DNA from: a bacterium
GTDB lineage: Bacteria; UBA8248
Length of the DNA stretch: 64,000 bases
NCBI GenBank assembly: GCA_965203325.1
Contig: OZ241875.1
Location: forward strand, 2,242,702-2,306,701
Direction of reading: 5' to 3'
Position numbers and translations under genes: made by a program. The notes below the pieces were generated by a model, which worked only from the letters and a program-made list of their open reading frames with translations, did not search any database and was not told where the DNA came from. The stretch's first letter is position 1. Every line of letters begins with the position of its first letter. Below are positions 59,576-64,000 of this stretch, in pieces.

Positions 59576-60898
59576 TCACTTCCTCCCCCACGAAGCGGAT
59601 GGTTCCGCTCGGCGATCGCCTCCGATGCGCGTGACAGCGCCCACCGGAGGTTCGTTCTTCGTCAACTCCCGCAATACCTCGCTCGCATAGGACCCCGGCG
59701 GCAAGGTGAACTTGAAGCGCAGGCCCTCCTTTTCCGGCCTCAGGCTCAGTTCCTTTATTTGTACACGATACGGGCGCCTGGAGCCATGAAGATTCAGCTT
59801 CTCAAGCCCGTCGAGCGTTCCCGGGCCTCCGACGCCGAGGGAGTCTAGCACGCTTCGCTCGAGTTTTCCCGCCTCCCCCCGGGCTTCGACGAGTTTCCGG
59901 CCAATCAGCGGTCCCGCCGGGCTCACCTCGAATCGCGCCAGCGAGCGCTCCTCCGCCTCGGGCGCGCCCACCCTCCTGGTCTTGCCCGTTTCGTGGTGAA
60001 AAACCACGTCGCCCGCCCAGAGACGGTCATGCGCGCGCGCTTCGAGCCTTCTCGCGAGACACGAGTTGAACACGGCGGCCTGGAACGCGCCGCCGTACAA
60101 GACCCGCTCTCTGGCGGGAATCGAAGCCGCCGCCTGCCGTGGCGAGCCGCCTTTTTCCAGGCGGGCGAGTGCGCGCCTCTCCGCCTCCCACGAGGGAGGG
60201 TAGAGCTCTCTCGCCCTCTGGAACTCACCCGCCTCATACCTGCGGGCGGCTTCCAGCAAGCGCTCGTCCGCATCGTTCCGCGTGGATGCAAATCTCGCGC
60301 CGCCCAGGAGCGCATCGAGAACGCCTCGCCAGTCTTCCCTCGCGAGCGCGAAGCCGACTCGCGCCGTATGGCCGTGAACCCCGAACCTCTGATCGCCGAA
60401 CGCGTTGGGCAGCCCCCGCGCAACGAGATGATCCAGAATCTCCTGCGCTCTTTCCTCCGCCTCGGGCGCGACGCCTCGAACGAATATCTCGAAGCGGTTG
60501 CCCGAAAGCGCCCCCCGCCTGATGCGGCTCCGGGAGCGCGCCGCCTGAAGAACCAGGATGCCTCTTTGTTCAAGTTTCGATGCGGCGCCCGGAATCCCTC
60601 GCGTTTTCGTCCTGAAGGAAAACCACTGCCTCGTCACCGCATTGGCGTCTTTGAGTCCCGCATAGCCTGCTTCCGCCTCGGATGCGCCCAGCGCGCGGCG
60701 CAAGGCGCGCAGCGCCTCTATGGTCGAGACGCCACGCTTCTCCACCCACAAGTGGAGGTGTTCCCCGTCGCCGCTCGGTGGCGCGAGCGGAACCTCCTCC
60801 ACGCGAAAATCCTCCGGCATCGCGCGCAGGCGTCCGCCTGTGCCGGGCACGGAACCGGTGAGATACGCTCCCGCCAATTTTCCCTCCCTTGAAATCAT
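59576..60898 (-). CDS. truD: tRNA pseudouridine(13) synthase TruD
   Basis: GEHLHLWVEKRG, YAGLKDANAVTRQ motifs. Confidence 0.85.
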   Translation of the reverse strand: MISREGKLAGAYLTGSVPGTGGRLRAMPEDFRVEEVPLAPPSGDGEHLHLWVEKRGVSTIEALRALRRALGASEAEAGYAGLKDANAVTRQWFSFRTKTRGIPGAASKLEQRGILVLQAARSRSRIRRGALSGNRFEIFVRGVAPEAEERAQEILDHLVARGLPNAFGDQRFGVHGHTARVGFALAREDWRGVLDALLGGARFASTRNDADERLLEAARRYEAGEFQRARELYPPSWEAERRALARLEKGGSPRQAAASIPARERVLYGGAFQAAVFNSCLARRLEARAHDRLWAGDVVFHHETGKTRRVGAPEAEERSLARFEVSPAGPLIGRKLVEARGEAGKLERSVLDSLGVGGPGTLDGLEKLNLHGSRRPYRVQIKELSLRPEKEGLRFKFTLPPGSYASEVLRELTKNEPPVGAVTRIGGDRRAEPSASWGRK

Positions 60899-61027
60899 GG
60901 AAAACAGAGGCCTTCGATTCCTCGCCGAGAAGGTTCACTCCGCGCGCCCTTAGGGCTATACTCGCGGTTCCTGCCGAGGGGCTCCTCCCGGCTTCTTGTT
61001 GCAACCCGCTTTCTATGAGGAACGAAC

Positions 61028-61546
61028 ATGTCCGGCATTTTCGACAAGACTTCTCTTTTTCTCGCGGGCATTGCGCTGCTCCTGGCGTTTCTGGCGTATC
61101 AGAAATCCGGCGAGCTGCCCTGGGCTCCCGCGGGCCGCGCGGGAAGCCTCATCGTGAACATTCTTCCCAAGCTCGTGATCGGCATGTTCATCGGCGCGCT
61201 CGTGGCCGACGTCCTGCCGAAGGAGATTCTGCAGAACTGGCTCTCCGATCGCTCCGGCTGGCGCGGCATCTTCGTCGGATGGCTGGCGGGGTTCATGTTC
61301 CCCATGGGCGCGCCCTTCGTACTCTATCCGCTCGTGGCCGGGCTTCTGCAGGGGGGTGCGGGCTTCGGGCCGATGATAACGATGCTCACCTCAGCAGCCC
61401 TGATCGGCCCGGTGCGCGCGTTCGCGTATGAAATCCCCATCCTCGGATCGGAGTTCTTCATGTTCCGCGTAATGGCCGTGTTCTGGATTCCGCCCGTGGC
61501 GGGCCTCGTCGCGCAAACGCTCGCGCGCGTCCTGAAAGGCGGCTAG
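61028..61546 (+). CDS. Hypothetical membrane protein (permease-like)
   Basis: 4-5 TM helices. Confidence 0.5.
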   Translation: MSGIFDKTSLFLAGIALLLAFLAYQKSGELPWAPAGRAGSLIVNILPKLVIGMFIGALVADVLPKEILQNWLSDRSGWRGIFVGWLAGFMFPMGAPFVLYPLVAGLLQGGAGFGPMITMLTSAALIGPVRAFAYEIPILGSEFFMFRVMAVFWIPPVAGLVAQTLARVLKGG

Positions 61547-62442
61547 GCGCTTCTTCGGGGGACTTCGATGGGCAGATCTTCCCTGTCGCCCCACTCCTTC
61601 CAGGAGCCGAGATAGTTTCTGATCCTCGGGTAGCCCAGCAGCCGGTAGACGAGGTAGGCGTGCGCCGAGCGGTAGCCGCCCTGGCAGAGCGGCACCATTT
61701 CCTTATCAGGCGTCAGGCCCCTCGGCTCGAGCAACCCCTCGAGTTCGGAGGCGGGCTTGAGCGATCCGTCCGCCGCGATGGCCTCGCTCCATTCGAGGTG
61801 GACCGAACCCGGAACCGCCCCGCCGCGCGCCGCCCGGACGTTCTCTGCGAAATACTCGCCCTCCGAGCGCGTATCGTGAATCGCAACGTCCGTATCGCCC
61901 AGATGATCCAGTATGTACTCCGCCGTGGCGATGCGCCCTTCTTCATACGGCTTCAAGCGGCTCGCGAACGCGGTTCTTAAAATGCGCTTGTGGCCTTCGA
62001 CACCCGCCTCGTAGGGGCCTCCCGCCATCGGCCATGCGTCGCGCGTGAGGGGCAGCCCTGCGGCCTTCCAGGCGTCAATGCCGCCGTCCAGGACGTGCGC
62101 GTCCTCGTGGCCGAGATATTCCAGGAACCAGAACCCGCGCGCCGAGCGGAAACCCGTGTTCTCCTGATAGAAGACCACCGTCTTGTCGTAGTCGACGCCC
62201 CGTATCTCCATAAGATAGGCGAGCATCCAGGTGAAGGCGGCCAGCGCCTGGGGCCGGGTGTCGTTGAGCGAGATTCCGTAGAGATCCAGGTGCGCGGCGC
62301 CTTCGATGTGGCCCGCGCAAAACTCCGGCGCCTGACGGGTGTCGATGATGACGAGGTCGTCGCCCTTTCGTTCGCCGATGCGCTCTGCGAGTTGCGCGGG
62401 CGTGAGGGCGAGGCCCGGGTTCGCGCAGCCTTTCTCGCTCAC
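61543..62442 (-). CDS. Tandem-rhodanese sulfurtransferase
   Basis: Two rhodanese domains; active loop CQGGYRS. Confidence 0.85.
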   Translation of the reverse strand: MSEKGCANPGLALTPAQLAERIGERKGDDLVIIDTRQAPEFCAGHIEGAAHLDLYGISLNDTRPQALAAFTWMLAYLMEIRGVDYDKTVVFYQENTGFRSARGFWFLEYLGHEDAHVLDGGIDAWKAAGLPLTRDAWPMAGGPYEAGVEGHKRILRTAFASRLKPYEEGRIATAEYILDHLGDTDVAIHDTRSEGEYFAENVRAARGGAVPGSVHLEWSEAIAADGSLKPASELEGLLEPRGLTPDKEMVPLCQGGYRSAHAYLVYRLLGYPRIRNYLGSWKEWGDREDLPIEVPRRSA

Positions 62443-62453
62443 CGGAAAGCTCC

Positions 62454-62996
62454 TTACCGAAACTCGCGGGGGCTTAACGGTTCAAGCTGGTCCGTGAGCT
62501 CTCTCGTCGTGGGCGAGGCCTGCAGCGGACGCACGTACACCTTCGCCTTCCCCTCGGGGGTGACGAAGCGGTAGCTCAGCTTGGCGACCTGGCCGTAGTT
62601 GTACCATACGTGCGTGTTGCGCTCTCCGCCGGTGACCAGGAGCAGATGGATCATCTCGACCGCTCCGTCGGAGCGAGTGATAAGCTCGAGCCGGTCGATC
62701 TCGCGGGCGAAGGTTTCGGATTTTCCCGTCGCCAGCGTGATGGTGACGATGAGGTCCAGGGGACGCTGCGGTTGCGCAGGCGCAAGGGGGGCCTGCGGCG
62801 GCATCGCGGGCGCGGGTGGTGACAGGGCCGGGGCCGCTTGAGGCTGGCCGGGAACAACTCCGGGCGAAGCGGGCTGCGCCTCGGGCGGCGTCAGCGGCGG
62901 CGGCGTCAGGCTCTGCGCCTGGGCGCCCGCCGCCAAAAGAACCACCCCGAGCACGGCGAACAACAATTTCGGGAACCTTGTCTTGATTAAAAACAT
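62454..62996 (-). CDS. Secreted Pro-rich hypothetical protein
   Basis: Signal peptide; the rest is uncharacterised. Confidence 0.4.
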   Translation of the reverse strand: MFLIKTRFPKLLFAVLGVVLLAAGAQAQSLTPPPLTPPEAQPASPGVVPGQPQAAPALSPPAPAMPPQAPLAPAQPQRPLDLIVTITLATGKSETFAREIDRLELITRSDGAVEMIHLLLVTGGERNTHVWYNYGQVAKLSYRFVTPEGKAKVYVRPLQASPTTRELTDQLEPLSPREFR

Positions 62997-63059
62997 GGTC
63001 TCTCCTTTTTCAGGGAGTCGCGCTTTGTATGTGTTCGAATGATGTGCGCCTATTATACC

Positions 63060-63935
63060 TCATTTCGCCGCATCCGCAGCGCACCGAAACCCATACGCCG
63101 GCAATCGGCGCCCGGGAACGTCGCCCGTTCTGTGCGATGAGACTAGCGCCCACCACCCGTTCACCCAGGATCCCCCCTTGAGCGTTCGGAGCGCGCGGCC
63201 GTTCTGCTTGATCGACCGGGCGCCATCGGGCGTATTCCTGAATTCATCCTCCACCCACTCCCAGACGTTTCCGGCCAAATCCTCCACCCCGTGAACGCTG
63301 GCGCCTTCGGGTCGCCTTCCCACGGCCTTGGGCCCTCCGGCGTCCGGGCTCAGGCCGAAAACGGCGTTCCTGTCGCGTTGCGTATTCCCCCACGGATACC
63401 GCCTGCCCTTGCCCGCGCCCTGGGCGGCGTATTCCCATTCGGCCTCCGTGGGCAGCCGTTTCCCGGCCCAGGCGCAGTAGGCGCGCGCCTCCTGCCATGT
63501 AATCCCGACCACGGGCAGATGAGGTCCCGTGAAATGGACCTTGCGCCAAAACGGAGGTTCGGGGGCTTTTGTCGCCCGCACGAAATCCGCGTAAAGCGCG
63601 TTCGTCACCTCGAACTTGTCCAGACGGAAAGGCCCGACTTCGACGGGCCTGCCGCCGGTCGCCCTTGGAGGGGCTCTCCTGCGGCGCGATCTCCTGCGAG
63701 ACCTTTTCGGGTAGGTGAACTCGGCCCCCATCATGAAGCGCCCGCCGGGAATCGGCACCATCCCCTCGAGAGAGGGCTTGCGGACGGGAGGCGGCGCGGC
63801 GTCTTCGGCGGGGCGCGGCAATGGCTTCAACGCCCCGGGGGCTGTTTCGGGGAGCGCGAGTTTTGCGGTTTCGGTTTCCGGTTCGGGCTTTCGCCGCGCT
63901 TCGGGCTCAGGTTTTGACTCCGCTTCCGGCGTCAA
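63060..63935 (-). CDS. FGE-sulfatase (SUMF1/EgtB/PvdO) domain protein with Pro-rich N-terminal region
   Basis: GNVWEWVED, RGGSW motifs. Confidence 0.75.
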   Translation of the reverse strand: MTPEAESKPEPEARRKPEPETETAKLALPETAPGALKPLPRPAEDAAPPPVRKPSLEGMVPIPGGRFMMGAEFTYPKRSRRRSRRRRAPPRATGGRPVEVGPFRLDKFEVTNALYADFVRATKAPEPPFWRKVHFTGPHLPVVGITWQEARAYCAWAGKRLPTEAEWEYAAQGAGKGRRYPWGNTQRDRNAVFGLSPDAGGPKAVGRRPEGASVHGVEDLAGNVWEWVEDEFRNTPDGARSIKQNGRALRTLKGGSWVNGWWALVSSHRTGDVPGRRLPAYGFRCAADAAK

Positions 63936-64000
63936 CCCGGGTTCAGGCGCTGATGATACTTCCGGGACCGCTTCGGTTTCGGGCGAGGGTTCCCCGGCTT

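Overview
This is a high-GC (by eye ~65%) bacterial chromosomal segment densely packed with housekeeping genes. The two in-frame TGA (possible Sec) genes suggest an anaerobic, selenocysteine-using lineage (Deltaproteobacteria-like); this is an inference only.

Gene content in window order:
- a partial multihaem cytochrome c (minus strand, missing from the ORF track), a GNAT acetyltransferase, serS, a 1.36-kb repeat-filled spacer, and tRNA-Ser(UGA);
- a ~5.8-kb low-GC island flanked by 122-bp direct repeats, carrying an alpha-class N6/N4 DNA methyltransferase, a HerA/DUF87-like ATPase, a NurA-like zinc-ribbon protein and a PIN-like protein (a candidate undescribed defence module);
- an S8 subtilase lipoprotein-autotransporter, tRNA-Ser(GCU), an SRPBCC protein and a cyclophilin;
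- the ffs(SRP RNA)-dnaX-ybaB-recR cluster, two tandem ODP/MBL-fold paralogs, and methylmalonyl-CoA epimerase;
- two adjacent genes each interrupted by an in-frame TGA exactly at the expected catalytic Cys (OsmC-like and DUF442/rhodanese-like), which are candidate selenoproteins;
- an SDR, kbl, an ERG4/ERG24-like reductase, a class II Fic, fhs, tandem cupins, a PrpD-family protein, an ABC importer operon, an LLM oxidoreductase, a Tim44-like protein, a CoA-transferase and an HDAC-like protein;
- an MFS transporter whose 3' end carries a 2.1-kb AbiEi/AbiEii insertion bounded by 56-bp direct repeats and palindromic operators;
- a parvulin PPIase, rsmI, a CoA-transferase, a crotonase, and a complete iscRSUA-hscBA-fdx-iscX operon;
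- a substrate-binding protein, mutY, an NAD epimerase-like protein, truD, a rhodanese and an FGE-sulfatase-family protein.

Intergenic regions are packed with several families of palindromic REP/MITE-like repeats. No integrase, transposase, rRNA or CRISPR array was seen.
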